From positions 1,792,001 to 1,856,000 of the forward strand of contig OY969706.1 of assembly GCA_963702095.1 (NCBI GenBank): DNA of 64,000 bases, written 5' to 3'. Positions 39,033 through 48,773 of this stretch are shown piece after piece. This DNA comes from Candidatus Bathyarchaeota archaeon (GTDB lineage: Archaea; Thermoproteota; Bathyarchaeia; Bathyarchaeales; Bathycorpusculaceae). Numbering within the stretch: the first letter of the stretch is position 1; each line of letters opens with the position of its first letter. The position numbers and the translations under genes are program-made. The notes below the pieces were generated by a model, which was not told where the DNA came from, ran no database searches, and was given only the letters and a program-made list of their open reading frames with translations.

Positions 39033-41249
39033 ATGGCGCGATATAGACAAACAGACGAAATCGTCAAATTGATGGATAATCCAACTATCATACGTAACAC
39101 CAGCATCATCGCACACGTTGACCACGGCAAAACCACCCTCTCAGACAGCCTCCTCGCCGCCGCAGGCATCATCAGCACCCAAACCGCTGGGCAAAAACTG
39201 TTTTTGGACAGTTGGGACCTTGAGCAGAAACGCCAAATGACCGTTTTCGCCTCCAACGTCAGCTTAGTCCACACCTACAACAACCAAGACTACCTCATCA
39301 ACCTCATCGACACCCCCGGCCACATTGACTTCTCAGGCGCAGTCACCAGAAGCCTAAGAGCCGTCGACGGCGCCCTAGTCGTCGTAGACGCAGTTGAGGG
39401 TCCCATGACTCAAACTGAAACCGTCTTGATGCAGGCGCTACGTGAACGTGTCAAGCCACTGTTATTCATCAACAAAGTTGACCGATTAATCAAAGAAATC
39501 AAGTTGACCCCCGCGGAAATCCAAAAGAAATTCGCAAAGATCCTTCTAAGAGTCAACACCTTAATCGAAAAATATGCTCCGCCAGAACACAAACAGGACT
39601 GGCAAGTGAAAATCGAGGACAGCCGCGTTGCCTTCGGTTCAGCACTGCACAAATGGGGCTTAAACCTTGACCACATGAAACTAAAGAAAATTAGTTTCCA
39701 AGACATCATCGACGCTTACAGCGGCGAAGCAACCGAAGTAGGCAGAAAAGTTGATGAACTAAGCAAGAGAGCGCCCCTGCCAGAACCAATCCTTGACATG
39801 TTCTGCCAGCACCTTCCAAACCCATTCCAAGCACAACCGTACCGTCAACCACAGATTTGGCCAGGCGACGTCAACAGCGCAGTCGGCCAAGGCATGGCAA
39901 AAGTAGACCCCAACGGACCACTACTCATGTGCATCTCCACAATCGAAGTTGACCCACACAGCGGCACAGTCGCCATCGGCAGAATCTTCAGTGGCGCCAT
40001 CACCAAAGGAAAAGAAGTCCAACTAGTCAGCGCAGGCCAAAAAGGAGTCATACAGCAGGTTTTCATGAGTATGGCAACTGACCGTGTCTTCATTGACCGT
40101 GTCCCCGCAGGCAACATCGGCGCAATCTCAGGTTTACCCGCACTGCACGTCGGTGAAACCGTCGGTGAAGCAGGCATGGAAATCCACAGTTTCGAAGGTC
40201 TCCGATACGTTTCTGACCCAGTCGTCACCGTAGCAGTTGAACCCGAAGACGTCAAAGACCTACCGCTCTTCGACAAAGTCATGCATAAACTCACAACCGA
40301 AGACCCCAACCTGCACTTCATCATGAACAAAGAATCAGGCGAATTCCTCCTAAGCGGCATGGGCGAATTGCACCTTGAAATCACCGCTTACCGCATGCAG
40401 GAAGCAGGCCTTAAAGTTAAACTCAGCAAACCCATCGTCATCTTCAGAGAAACCATCGGCCACGATTACAAGGGTCCAGCTATCATGGGTAAAAGCCCCA
40501 ACAAACACAACAAACTCTGGATAACCATTGAGAAGCTATCCGACGAAGTCATCGAAGCCATCAAATCTGATAAAATCTCTGACATGCAAAGCAAAGACGA
40601 ACGCACAAAGCTTCTCCGCACCATGGGTTGGGACCCAGACGATGCCAAAGGCGCAGTCGCCGTTGAAGAAAACTGCATCCTATGCAACCGCATCCGCGGA
40701 CGCCAATACGTAGAAGAAATCATCGACCACATAAAAACAGGGTTCCGCGAAGCAGTCCACACTTCACCCTTAGCTAAAGAGCCAGCTTACGGACTGAAAA
40801 TAAACTTAGAAGACATAACAATGCACGAGGACCCAGTCCACAGAGGCCCCGCACAAGCTATCCCCATGACTTGGAGACCAATCTACTGTTGCATATTGCT
40901 AAGCAACCCCAAACTGCTTGAGCCACTGATGAGTTTCGAATGCAAAGTTCCAAGCGAATACGTCAGCGCCGTCATTACAATGCTTAACAAACGCCGAGGA
41001 AAAATCCTTGACATGCCCTCAGAAGAAGACATGATCACCGTTAAAGCTGAAATGCCAGTTTCTGAAAGCTTCGGTATAGCTGACGAGTTGCGTGGTTCAA
41101 CTTCAGGCAGGGCTTTCTGGGCGACACAGTTCAGCAGATGGGCATATGTGCCAGAACAGATGCAGGCGGACACAATCAAAAAGATTCGCGAGCGCAGAGG
41201 TTTACCACCAGTCCCGCCAAAGCCAGAAGAATACTTCGAGAGCGAATAA
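39033..41249 (+). CDS. fusA: Archaeal elongation factor 2, probably the paralog aEF-2p
   Basis: AHVDHGKTT, DTPGHIDF, NKVD, SPNKHN, diphthamide loop HEDPVHRGPAQ; switch I reads RQMT; no rps12/rps7 nearby. Confidence 0.92.
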   Translation: MARYRQTDEIVKLMDNPTIIRNTSIIAHVDHGKTTLSDSLLAAAGIISTQTAGQKLFLDSWDLEQKRQMTVFASNVSLVHTYNNQDYLINLIDTPGHIDFSGAVTRSLRAVDGALVVVDAVEGPMTQTETVLMQALRERVKPLLFINKVDRLIKEIKLTPAEIQKKFAKILLRVNTLIEKYAPPEHKQDWQVKIEDSRVAFGSALHKWGLNLDHMKLKKISFQDIIDAYSGEATEVGRKVDELSKRAPLPEPILDMFCQHLPNPFQAQPYRQPQIWPGDVNSAVGQGMAKVDPNGPLLMCISTIEVDPHSGTVAIGRIFSGAITKGKEVQLVSAGQKGVIQQVFMSMATDRVFIDRVPAGNIGAISGLPALHVGETVGEAGMEIHSFEGLRYVSDPVVTVAVEPEDVKDLPLFDKVMHKLTTEDPNLHFIMNKESGEFLLSGMGELHLEITAYRMQEAGLKVKLSKPIVIFRETIGHDYKGPAIMGKSPNKHNKLWITIEKLSDEVIEAIKSDKISDMQSKDERTKLLRTMGWDPDDAKGAVAVEENCILCNRIRGRQYVEEIIDHIKTGFREAVHTSPLAKEPAYGLKINLEDITMHEDPVHRGPAQAIPMTWRPIYCCILLSNPKLLEPLMSFECKVPSEYVSAVITMLNKRRGKILDMPSEEDMITVKAEMPVSESFGIADELRGSTSGRAFWATQFSRWAYVPEQMQADTIKKIRERRGLPPVPPKPEEYFESE

Positions 41250-41283
41250 ACGCTCCTTCTTTATTTTTATTTTTTAACGTTTT
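41250..41283 (+). terminator. T-rich archaeal terminator-like tract
   Basis: TCTTTATTTTTATTTTTTAA directly after the EF-2 stop codon. Confidence 0.5.
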
Positions 41284-41294
41284 AAAAGGGAATT

Positions 41295-41654
41295 TTACGT
41301 TTCTACATTCCGGCATTCAACTTTAGTTTCTGACCTTGGTTGAACATTTGGGGAATTGTCGCTTTCCATCGTTACCCGTGTTTCCCCCACATTGTAAGCG
41401 CCCATCGACGCCGAACCCTTGTAGACGGCATATGCCTTGTCGATGTCCTCTTGGAGCCTTCGCAGTTCAACGTCGGTTTCAGCCCTTATCTTATCAGCGG
41501 TCCAGCCGTCCTCCATCCGGACTTGCACGCGCTCCGCAACTTCTGCCGCCACACGCTCCGGTAACCCAGCCGCTTTCAAGTCGCCTTCAACCATTTTAAC
41601 ATCAAAAGTGGCTTCGGCTCCATCTTTATTGACTATTTTAACCACTAAACGCAC
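41295..41654 (-). CDS. ATP-cone-like domain protein
   Basis: VKIVNKDG....FD..M...L.AAG...VA..VA..V pattern; GGAGG ribosome-binding site. Confidence 0.7.
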   Translation of the reverse strand: MRLVVKIVNKDGAEATFDVKMVEGDLKAAGLPERVAAEVAERVQVRMEDGWTADKIRAETDVELRRLQEDIDKAYAVYKGSASMGAYNVGETRVTMESDNSPNVQPRSETKVECRNVET

Positions 41655-41785
41655 CTCCTAAAGCAGAAAACGCAATCAATTGAGTGATGCTTCAAAGAAA
41701 CATAAAGATGTGTGACTGCTCAACCACACCAACTTCGCCTGCTCTACCATTTTTGGGGCTCTTTTCCTAATTTCTAGGGTATTGC

Positions 41786-41834
41786 TTGCAATCTTGTGGC
41801 ACCTCGTAAACTGCCACACCCACATAAAGAGAAA
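41786..41834 (-). repeat. Family A repeat, terminal fragment
   Basis: TTGCAATCTTGTGGCACCTCGTAAACTGCCACACCCACATAAAGAGAAA matches the end of the full copies. Confidence 0.85.
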
Positions 41835-41892
41835 GCCGTTTTGGGGTAAGGCTTTAATGTGGAGTATAAGTTAACGTTTAACTGGTTACTCT

Positions 41893-42483
41893 ATGATTGT
41901 GGGAATCAGCGGTAGTCCAAGAAAACAAGCCACAGAATACGTTCTCGAACAAGCCCTAAACATGCTAAAAGAGAAGGGCCATGAAACCAAGCTCTGGACA
42001 GTCCGCGGCAAATGGATGGAGTACTGCATCCACTGCGACTACTGCTTAACAAACAAGGTCTGCACCTTCCAAGATGACCTAGAAGAACTCTACGAAGCCC
42101 TCGCCAAATCCCAAGGCATCATCTTCGCAACCCCCGTCTACAACGGCGGAGTCAGCGCACAACTCAAAACCGTCATGGACCGAACCCGCTCACTGGCGGC
42201 TGCGGACATAAACTTTTTCAAAGGAAAAATCGGCATGGGCATAACTGTGGGAGGCGACCGAGCGGGCGGCCAAGAGTTGGCGATGCAGCAAATCCACACC
42301 TTCTACATCATCAACGGCATGATTCCAGTGGGCGGCGGACCCTTCGGCGCGAATTTAGGGGCAAACCTCTGGAGCAAAGACACGCTTGAAGGCTTAAAGG
42401 CGGATGAGGAAGGGTTTAGGAGTTTGAGGAAGACGGTTAAACGGTTTGCTGAGGCCATAGAGTTTTACCATTGTAAAAAGTAA
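41893..42483 (+). CDS. Iron-sulfur flavoprotein (Isf, flavodoxin-like)
   Basis: GISGSPR, CIHCDYCLTNKVC, ATPVYNG, GGQE. Confidence 0.9.
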   Translation: MIVGISGSPRKQATEYVLEQALNMLKEKGHETKLWTVRGKWMEYCIHCDYCLTNKVCTFQDDLEELYEALAKSQGIIFATPVYNGGVSAQLKTVMDRTRSLAAADINFFKGKIGMGITVGGDRAGGQELAMQQIHTFYIINGMIPVGGGPFGANLGANLWSKDTLEGLKADEEGFRSLRKTVKRFAEAIEFYHCKK

Positions 42484-42484
42484 G

Positions 42485-43078
42485 GTGAATTGTATGGGTG
42501 AAGTCAAAGTCAAGAAGCTCAAGGTTGCCTGGGGCATAACGGGTGCAGGCGACAAAATAGAGGAAATCGTCGAAACCATGAAGACGCTCAAACAGCAGTC
42601 TGAAGGCAAAGTGGACTTCGACGTTTACATCTCCAAAAACGCTGACACCATGCTCAAGTTTTACCGCCTCAACGAAGAAGTCAAACGGAGCTTCCCAAAA
42701 GTTTCTGTTGAAGCCAACTCGAATTCGCCTTTTTTGGCGGGTATGGTGCAGAGCCAAAAATACGAGTTCCTCCTCATTATGCCTGCCTCGTCCAATACCG
42801 TGGCCAAAATCGTGAACAGCATAAGCGACACGTTGCTCACCAACGCTGCATTGATGGCTCTGAAGGCGTTTGTGGAGGTTTGGATTATGCCTGTGGATTT
42901 CAAAGAAAGCGTCATTTACACTAAGCTGCCAAACGGCAAAGAGATGAAGCTGCGGGTCCGCAAAGAAGAGGCGGCGCAGGTGCGGCGGCTGGAAACCACC
43001 GAGGATGTGCGTGTGTTTGAGAGCCCAAAAAAGGTGGCGGAGGCCTTCTCCGAGTGGCTAAAAACCACCGAACCCTGA
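42485..43078 (+). CDS. Archaeal flavoprotein (AfpA-like); probable start ATG 42494
   Basis: KVAWGITGAG, EANSNSP, PASSNTVAKIV..ISDTL. Confidence 0.88.
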   Translation: MNCMGEVKVKKLKVAWGITGAGDKIEEIVETMKTLKQQSEGKVDFDVYISKNADTMLKFYRLNEEVKRSFPKVSVEANSNSPFLAGMVQSQKYEFLLIMPASSNTVAKIVNSISDTLLTNAALMALKAFVEVWIMPVDFKESVIYTKLPNGKEMKLRVRKEEAAQVRRLETTEDVRVFESPKKVAEAFSEWLKTTEP

Positions 43079-43156
43079 TTTGTGGTTGTATAGGGGCAAC
43101 AACAAACCCTTTTATTCTTCCGCGGAAACCCTCTTTTTTTAAAAGTGTACCTAAAA

Positions 43157-43282
43157 ATGGTTAGTTGTCCTAAATGCGGGAAAACCCTTACGAAACCGGA
43201 GCGGAAGATCGAAAACGCCAGCTTCTGCATTGAACGCTACAAATGTGACCGCTGCGGCTACACTTTTAAACGTTTTACTTAA
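43157..43282 (+). CDS. 41-aa zinc-ribbon microprotein (not in the ORF track)
   Basis: Manual translation MVSCPKCGKTLTKPERKIENASFCIERYKCDRCGYTFKRFT*. Confidence 0.75.
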   Translation: MVSCPKCGKTLTKPERKIENASFCIERYKCDRCGYTFKRFT

Positions 43283-43571
43283 GGTTGTAAACGATAACTT
43301 CGTCTGCGTTGTCTTTGACTGTGAGGTTACGTTTTTTAGCTATTTCTTTGAGGGCTGTTTTATCCGTTTCATGCATGTTGCCTCTTATGTGGACACGGTA
43401 GCCTACGGAGTCGCCGCCTTTGGGCTGTTCAAACGAGACCGCGTTTGGGGAGAGGTCGTTGCATTGAGTAAAAAGTTCTTTGAGGTAAGCGACTGCCTCC
43501 TGTCGGTCCATAGACATCTCCAATGTCATATCTTCTGTGTCAATATATATGGTTTTATGTGGCAGCTTCAA
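43275..43571 (-). CDS. Hypothetical protein; start probably further downstream
   Basis: MDRQEAVAYLKEL...GYRVHI...IAKKRNL reads as a small alpha/beta protein. Confidence 0.65.
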   Translation of the reverse strand: MKLPHKTIYIDTEDMTLEMSMDRQEAVAYLKELFTQCNDLSPNAVSFEQPKGGDSVGYRVHIRGNMHETDKTALKEIAKKRNLTVKDNADEVIVYNLK

Positions 43572-43932
43572 GTTAATCCATCAGCTTGATGCCTTCTTCT
43601 GCACATACGTTTTGCTTGATAAAAGGCAAAGTCAGCCCACCCCCCGTATTTTTAAGGAAAAATAAACATTTACCCTTCTTATTTTTACCCAAAACCGCCT
43701 TTTCCCTTCACAATTTGTTGCATCAACCTGTAACCAACAACGCTTTATATCACTAAATCGGGTTAGCTGTTGTATGGAATGCAAGGGATAGCCAACAAAG
43801 TTAGGCGGGTTAGCTGCTGCGAAAGGAGAAGGCTTGCCCACCTGCTACTTTTAAGCATCTGCTTTTGTAGCACAGGGCTTGGTCCGCTTAACTCAACCTT
43901 TTTCCCCTCCCTTAATACAGTAGACAAAACGA

Positions 43933-44050
43933 TCTGCTTGCGGTTTGCTCCACAACCAACAAACAACCCGCATCCGTTGCAGAACGCAAAACACAGCCAC
44001 CTACACAACCCCTAAGAAGATGAGTAGGGAGCGCTTTGCCGCCGAATGGA
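43933..44050 (-). repeat. Family B repeat, copy 4 (diverged), adjacent to a family A copy
   Basis: TCTGCTTGCGG...CCACAACCA...CAACCC...GCAGA...GAAGATGAGTAGGGAGCG aligns with 19503-19610. Confidence 0.75.
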
Positions 44051-44116
44051 CTATGCTAGTGCCCGCCTGTATTGCGCTGACCGTTGCCGTTCACTGCTAC
44101 CCTAAGAAAACAAACT

Positions 44117-44297
44117 ATACATGCTTTCGCACACATCCCGACCGTCCCTGCATGGAACCATGTATGGCGTGTGGAGAAAAATCCCTATCCCACACCGAAA
44201 CAGACGCAGAAAACCAATGCAATCCCAAAAAACAATCGCATTCAATTGCAGTCTTGTAACACCCCATAAAACACCACACCACATAAAGAGAAAAAAA
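44117..44297 (-). repeat. Family A repeat, copy 3
   Basis: 44183-44295 is identical to 56126-56238 (113 bp). Confidence 0.97.
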
Positions 44298-44418
44298 GGC
44301 GCCCATTAGAACTGAGAGGGCTAGGCAGCAGAACCATCTCTTTTCGGCAAGCAAACGGTGAGTTTTCCCATACATTTTTAAAATAGCACAGGTTCCTTTT
44401 TAGTCGTTAACCATCAAC

Positions 44419-45693
44419 ATGTCAGGACTGGTTTGTTTGCAGGTTACATTTTTGGGCGGCGCAAGAGAAGTCGGAAGAATCGGAATCCTAGTTAAGTCAG
44501 CGAAGACGCAGGTAATCATCGACTACGGCGTGATGCTGGATAACGAACCGGGGTTTCCAATGCATGTGCCGCCAAAAGACGTGGACGCCCTCATCTTAAC
44601 CCACAGCCACCTCGACCATTCAGGCGCACTACCCATTTTCTACATCAACGACAAAAAACCCCTCTACACAAACAAACTCAACCTCGAACTCTCACAGCTC
44701 CTCATCCAAGACTTCATCCACCTATCCAGCTACTATTTGCCCTTTGAATATCTTGAACTCAAAACAATGGCGCGCAGCAACCGCCACCTTGAATTCGGTC
44801 AAACAGAACAACTAGGCGACATGAAAATCACCCTCTTCAACGCCGGCCACACACCGGGCAGCGCACAGATCCTCATCGAAGCCGACGGCAAACGCTTCCT
44901 CTACACCGGCGACTTCAACACCGAAGAAAGCAAACTCCTCGCAGGCGCCTCGATGGACTACGGCGACCTAGACTGCGTTGTCACGGAAAGCACTTACGCA
45001 AATGCCGACCACACTGAACGCGGCGAACTTGAGAGGCAGTTCGTTGACAGTTGCAACGCCGTCGTCGAAACAGGCGGAACCGTGTTGGTGCCCAGTTTCG
45101 GTGTGGGACGTGCGCAGGAGATGGCGTGTATCTTGGCGGCGAACCATTTTGAGCATCCCATGGTGCTTGACGGTATGGCAAGGGAAGCCAGCCGAATCAT
45201 AATGAACTACAGAGAATTCCTCAAAGACCCGAAGCTTTTCATGAACGCCATGCACAGCTGCGAATGGGTCGAAGGCTGGCGCGACCGACGCAAAGCACTC
45301 AAAAGCCCGGGCGTCATCATATCCACTGCTGGCATGCTCAAAGGCGGCCCCGCAGCGTTCTACATGTCTAAGCTGGGCAAAAAAGCCATAAACGCCGTCT
45401 ACTTAGTCAGCTACCAAATTCCCGGCACACCCGGACGCGAATTAATGGAGAAAGGAGTCTGCACCCTAGATGGTAAAGTCCGAAAAATCAAAGCCTCCTA
45501 CCACCACTTCGACTTCAGCAGCCACTGTGGCGCAAGCCAACTAAAAGAAGCCCTCGTCAAACTCGGTGGCAAACCCAAAGTGTGTGTTGTCCACGGCGCA
45601 GAAGGCAACTGCGAGTTGTTTGCGAATTGGGCACATACCGAGTTGGGGTTGGACGCTGTTGCTCCCCGCACTGGTGATTCTTTTCAAATCTAA
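44419..45693 (+). CDS. MBL-fold beta-CASP ribonuclease (aCPSF2-like)
   Basis: FLGGAREVGR, THSHLDHSG, AGHTPGS, YTGDF, ESTY, FSSH, VHG; no KH domains. Confidence 0.92.
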   Translation: MSGLVCLQVTFLGGAREVGRIGILVKSAKTQVIIDYGVMLDNEPGFPMHVPPKDVDALILTHSHLDHSGALPIFYINDKKPLYTNKLNLELSQLLIQDFIHLSSYYLPFEYLELKTMARSNRHLEFGQTEQLGDMKITLFNAGHTPGSAQILIEADGKRFLYTGDFNTEESKLLAGASMDYGDLDCVVTESTYANADHTERGELERQFVDSCNAVVETGGTVLVPSFGVGRAQEMACILAANHFEHPMVLDGMAREASRIIMNYREFLKDPKLFMNAMHSCEWVEGWRDRRKALKSPGVIISTAGMLKGGPAAFYMSKLGKKAINAVYLVSYQIPGTPGRELMEKGVCTLDGKVRKIKASYHHFDFSSHCGASQLKEALVKLGGKPKVCVVHGAEGNCELFANWAHTELGLDAVAPRTGDSFQI

Positions 45694-46256
45694 TGGAGTT
45701 AGCTATGAAAGTTGCTGTTTTAGGGATTGGGCAGATTGCGCCTGAATTGTTAGCTGCAGTACAGCATGGTTTAGTCCGCGTTCTGCCTGACACTGCGTGT
45801 TCTTTTTTCAGTGAAGCCTTTGCAATGCCTGAGCATGCTTACGACCGAAAACGCAGCCAATACATATCCACCTTGATCCTAGATGACTTAGACTCTTATG
45901 CCGAAGGGTTGCGGGGCTTCGACAGGGTACTGGGCGTTGTAAACGCGGATGTTTATGCTGCTGGGCTTAACTATGTGTTTGGGGAGGCTTATGCGCCTGG
46001 GCGGGCAGGGTTGATTTCTCTTTGGCGCCTGCACCCGGAATTCTACGGTGAAGCAGCAAATTCTAAGGTGCTTTCTGCCCGTATCGTCAAGGAAGCGGTG
46101 CATGAGGTTGGACATACCATAGGCTTGTCGCATTGTTCCCGTAACTACTGTGTAATGCATTTTTCTAACAGCATCTTTGAGGTAGATAAAAAACAAAGCT
46201 TATTCTGTGACCAATGCTATCTAAATGCTTCAACAGCAATACTTAACATGGGATAA
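45693..46256 (+). CDS. amzA: Archaemetzincin Zn metalloprotease
   Basis: KEAVHEVGHTIGLSHC...CVMHFSNS...VDKK...CDQC. Confidence 0.92.
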   Translation: MELAMKVAVLGIGQIAPELLAAVQHGLVRVLPDTACSFFSEAFAMPEHAYDRKRSQYISTLILDDLDSYAEGLRGFDRVLGVVNADVYAAGLNYVFGEAYAPGRAGLISLWRLHPEFYGEAANSKVLSARIVKEAVHEVGHTIGLSHCSRNYCVMHFSNSIFEVDKKQSLFCDQCYLNASTAILNMG

Positions 46257-46261
46257 CCGCC

Positions 46262-47146
46262 ATGACAACGCCCCAGCCACCAACAGAGCAACCTCCAGCA
46301 AAACCTGAAACCGCAGAAGACAAATTCAAATTTCAAGTCATCTACCTGTTGCCCATACTGGCAAGCATACTTTTTGGTTTAGTCTGCGCTTGGGTACTCC
46401 TATCCCAACCAGCCTCAGTCATACCCGTCACGCCAATCCCTGAAAGCACCCCTGGCGCCCCATTCGGCAATGCACTGTACTTTGTGGTTTTAATCGCCAT
46501 AAGCGCCACTATGTTCTACATATTGCTCAAGCGCCGCAATAAACGCATCATCAAAGGCTTAATCATAGTCGCATTGACCACTGCGTCGATGCTGCTCTCG
46601 CTTGTGTACCTCTCCGCTTTAGCTTCATATGTGCCCCAAATTGGAGACTGGCTAATCATCATTCCAATATCCATCGTCATAACCATCCTCTTCGACTTAG
46701 CCATCTTCAAATTCGGCAGCGCCGCCAGAAACACCGCAGTCATCCTCATCGGAGGCGCCCTCGGCATATTCTTCGGCTGGGCCATTCCCCTGTGGAGTGC
46801 AATCGTGATTTTGGCGTTCCTCGCAGTCTACGATGTCATCGCCGTCTATAAGGGTCCAGTCGGAAAAATCGCTCAGACGGGGCTTGATGAACTGCAGGGG
46901 TTGAGTTTCAGCTTCAAAGACATTCAGATGGGACTCGGCGACCTTGTCTTCTACTCAATGCTTACTGGGGCCATGCTGTTCAACTTCGTGCCCAGTTTCT
47001 TCCCAGTTATTGCGGCAACAATCGGTATAATGGCTGGCTCGATTGTGACTTTCTTTATGCTGGAGAAAAAAGGCATCTTCCCCGGCTTACCCTTCCCTAT
47101 CCTGCTGGGCTTGGTTTTCGGGTTAGCAGTAGGCTTTCTACTGTAA
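46262..47146 (+). CDS. Presenilin-family intramembrane aspartyl protease
   Basis: LAVYDVIAV, MGLGDLVFY, PGLPF. Confidence 0.9.
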   Translation: MTTPQPPTEQPPAKPETAEDKFKFQVIYLLPILASILFGLVCAWVLLSQPASVIPVTPIPESTPGAPFGNALYFVVLIAISATMFYILLKRRNKRIIKGLIIVALTTASMLLSLVYLSALASYVPQIGDWLIIIPISIVITILFDLAIFKFGSAARNTAVILIGGALGIFFGWAIPLWSAIVILAFLAVYDVIAVYKGPVGKIAQTGLDELQGLSFSFKDIQMGLGDLVFYSMLTGAMLFNFVPSFFPVIAATIGIMAGSIVTFFMLEKKGIFPGLPFPILLGLVFGLAVGFLL

Positions 47147-47192
47147 ACGTTTAAACCGTCCCTTACCTAGAGAAATAGTGTGGTGTTTTTAG

Positions 47193-48035
47193 TTGGAGCA
47201 ATCAAAGGTAGCAATTGTTCATGGCGAACGTGGAGTAGAACCCGTTTTCGAAGCATTAGACCTCATTGATTACCGAACCGCTTTGGAGGGCTTCAAAAAA
47301 GTCCTCATCAAAGTCAACTTCATCACAACCATGACCTGGGACACAGGCGCAACAACCGACCCCATCGTCGTAGAAGCCCTAATCCAGCGGCTAAAACAGT
47401 TCCCAGTCGAAATCTACGTGGTTGAATCCGACGCCACAATGACCAATGCTGACAAAGCCTTCGCCGCCACAGGTATGGCAGAACTCTGTGACCGATATGG
47501 CGTAGAACACCTCAACCTCCGCTACGCCAAAGACAAAGTTAAACTTAAAATCCCCGATGGCGACGCATTAAAGAACATAACTGTGCCCCGCATTGTCACT
47601 GAATCCGCCATCGTATCTGCCGCCAAAATGAAAACTCACATGGCAACCAAGGTCACTTTGGGCATGAAGAACATGTTCGGCATGTTGCCTGACAAACTAA
47701 AAATGAAGTACCACGCTATGGGCATAAGCAAAGTCATCGTCGACATAAACACCGTTATAAAACCGCACCTGACAGTTATCGACGGTTTTGTAGCGATGGA
47801 GGGTCGTGGACCCACAGATGGTTCACCGCTTAAGATGGATTTGATTTTTGCAGGCAAGGACCCCGTCGCCACCGACGCCACCTGCGCAAGGGTCATGGGC
47901 ATTGACCCGCATGAAATCAGCCACATAAGAGGCGCCTACAAAAAGGGCCTGGGCAACATAGACGACATAGAAGTTGTAGGCTCAAAAATAGAAGACGTAA
48001 AAAGGGGCTTTCAGCAGGGCCACTTCAGGAGATAA
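47193..48035 (+). CDS. DUF362 family protein
   Basis: VLIKVN, TTDP, KMKTH, TLGMKN, IDG..AMEGRGP, DPVATD. Confidence 0.9.
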   Translation: MEQSKVAIVHGERGVEPVFEALDLIDYRTALEGFKKVLIKVNFITTMTWDTGATTDPIVVEALIQRLKQFPVEIYVVESDATMTNADKAFAATGMAELCDRYGVEHLNLRYAKDKVKLKIPDGDALKNITVPRIVTESAIVSAAKMKTHMATKVTLGMKNMFGMLPDKLKMKYHAMGISKVIVDINTVIKPHLTVIDGFVAMEGRGPTDGSPLKMDLIFAGKDPVATDATCARVMGIDPHEISHIRGAYKKGLGNIDDIEVVGSKIEDVKRGFQQGHFRR

Positions 48036-48203
48036 GGGAAGACGAATAATCGGTGCCGCATCTCGGATGCATCTGTCCATAAAGCCCTTGTTTGTTGCGT
48101 CAATTTGTTGCCACATTGGTTTAATTGGGGCAGATTGCTTCTTGACATTTGTCAGCGAAGCCACATGAAGGGGCTTTTGCTCTACGCTTTTAGGTGAGAA
48201 AAA

Positions 48204-48596
48204 ATGGCGCATACAGACACAGATTCTGAGGAGATGCTCCTAAGCGGCTTATATAACCAGATGAGGAAGATTTTGGATTCTACGGGGCAGCCGGTTTTCA
48301 TCTACCTAGATGATGACCATAAAGTGTGTAATCAGCGGTTCGCAGATTTTTTAGGGTACAAGTCGCCGCAGGATTGGTCCAGAATCCCCGGTTTCATCGA
48401 AATATTCGTTGATGAACCAAGCCGAAACGCGTTTATGTCAGCGTATTGGAGCGCAGTGAATAACATGAACGCTTCAACGATACAGGTAACTTGGAAGAGA
48501 AGAGATAAAACCAAAGTAGAGTCAACGATGATTCTTTTACCTATGGCGTTTGAAGGACACATCATATCAGTTAATTTTATAATCAACTCAAAATAA
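48204..48596 (+). CDS. Stand-alone PAS-like domain protein
   Basis: ILDSTGQPVFIY...CNQRFADFLGY. Confidence 0.75.
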   Translation: MAHTDTDSEEMLLSGLYNQMRKILDSTGQPVFIYLDDDHKVCNQRFADFLGYKSPQDWSRIPGFIEIFVDEPSRNAFMSAYWSAVNNMNASTIQVTWKRRDKTKVESTMILLPMAFEGHIISVNFIINSK

Positions 48597-48773
48597 GGGT
48601 CGGCCACAACAGGGCAAGGTTTTCATGTTCCCAGGCGTCCAACGCGTAGTTTTATTGAAGTGGTTTTGTACCGTCTTTTGAGTACAGTCGAGGAACCGAA
48701 GAACCCTTCACGTAGTTGCTGACTTGTTTCTCCAAACATTTATTTTCCAATTACGCGCCTATACGTTAAAACA

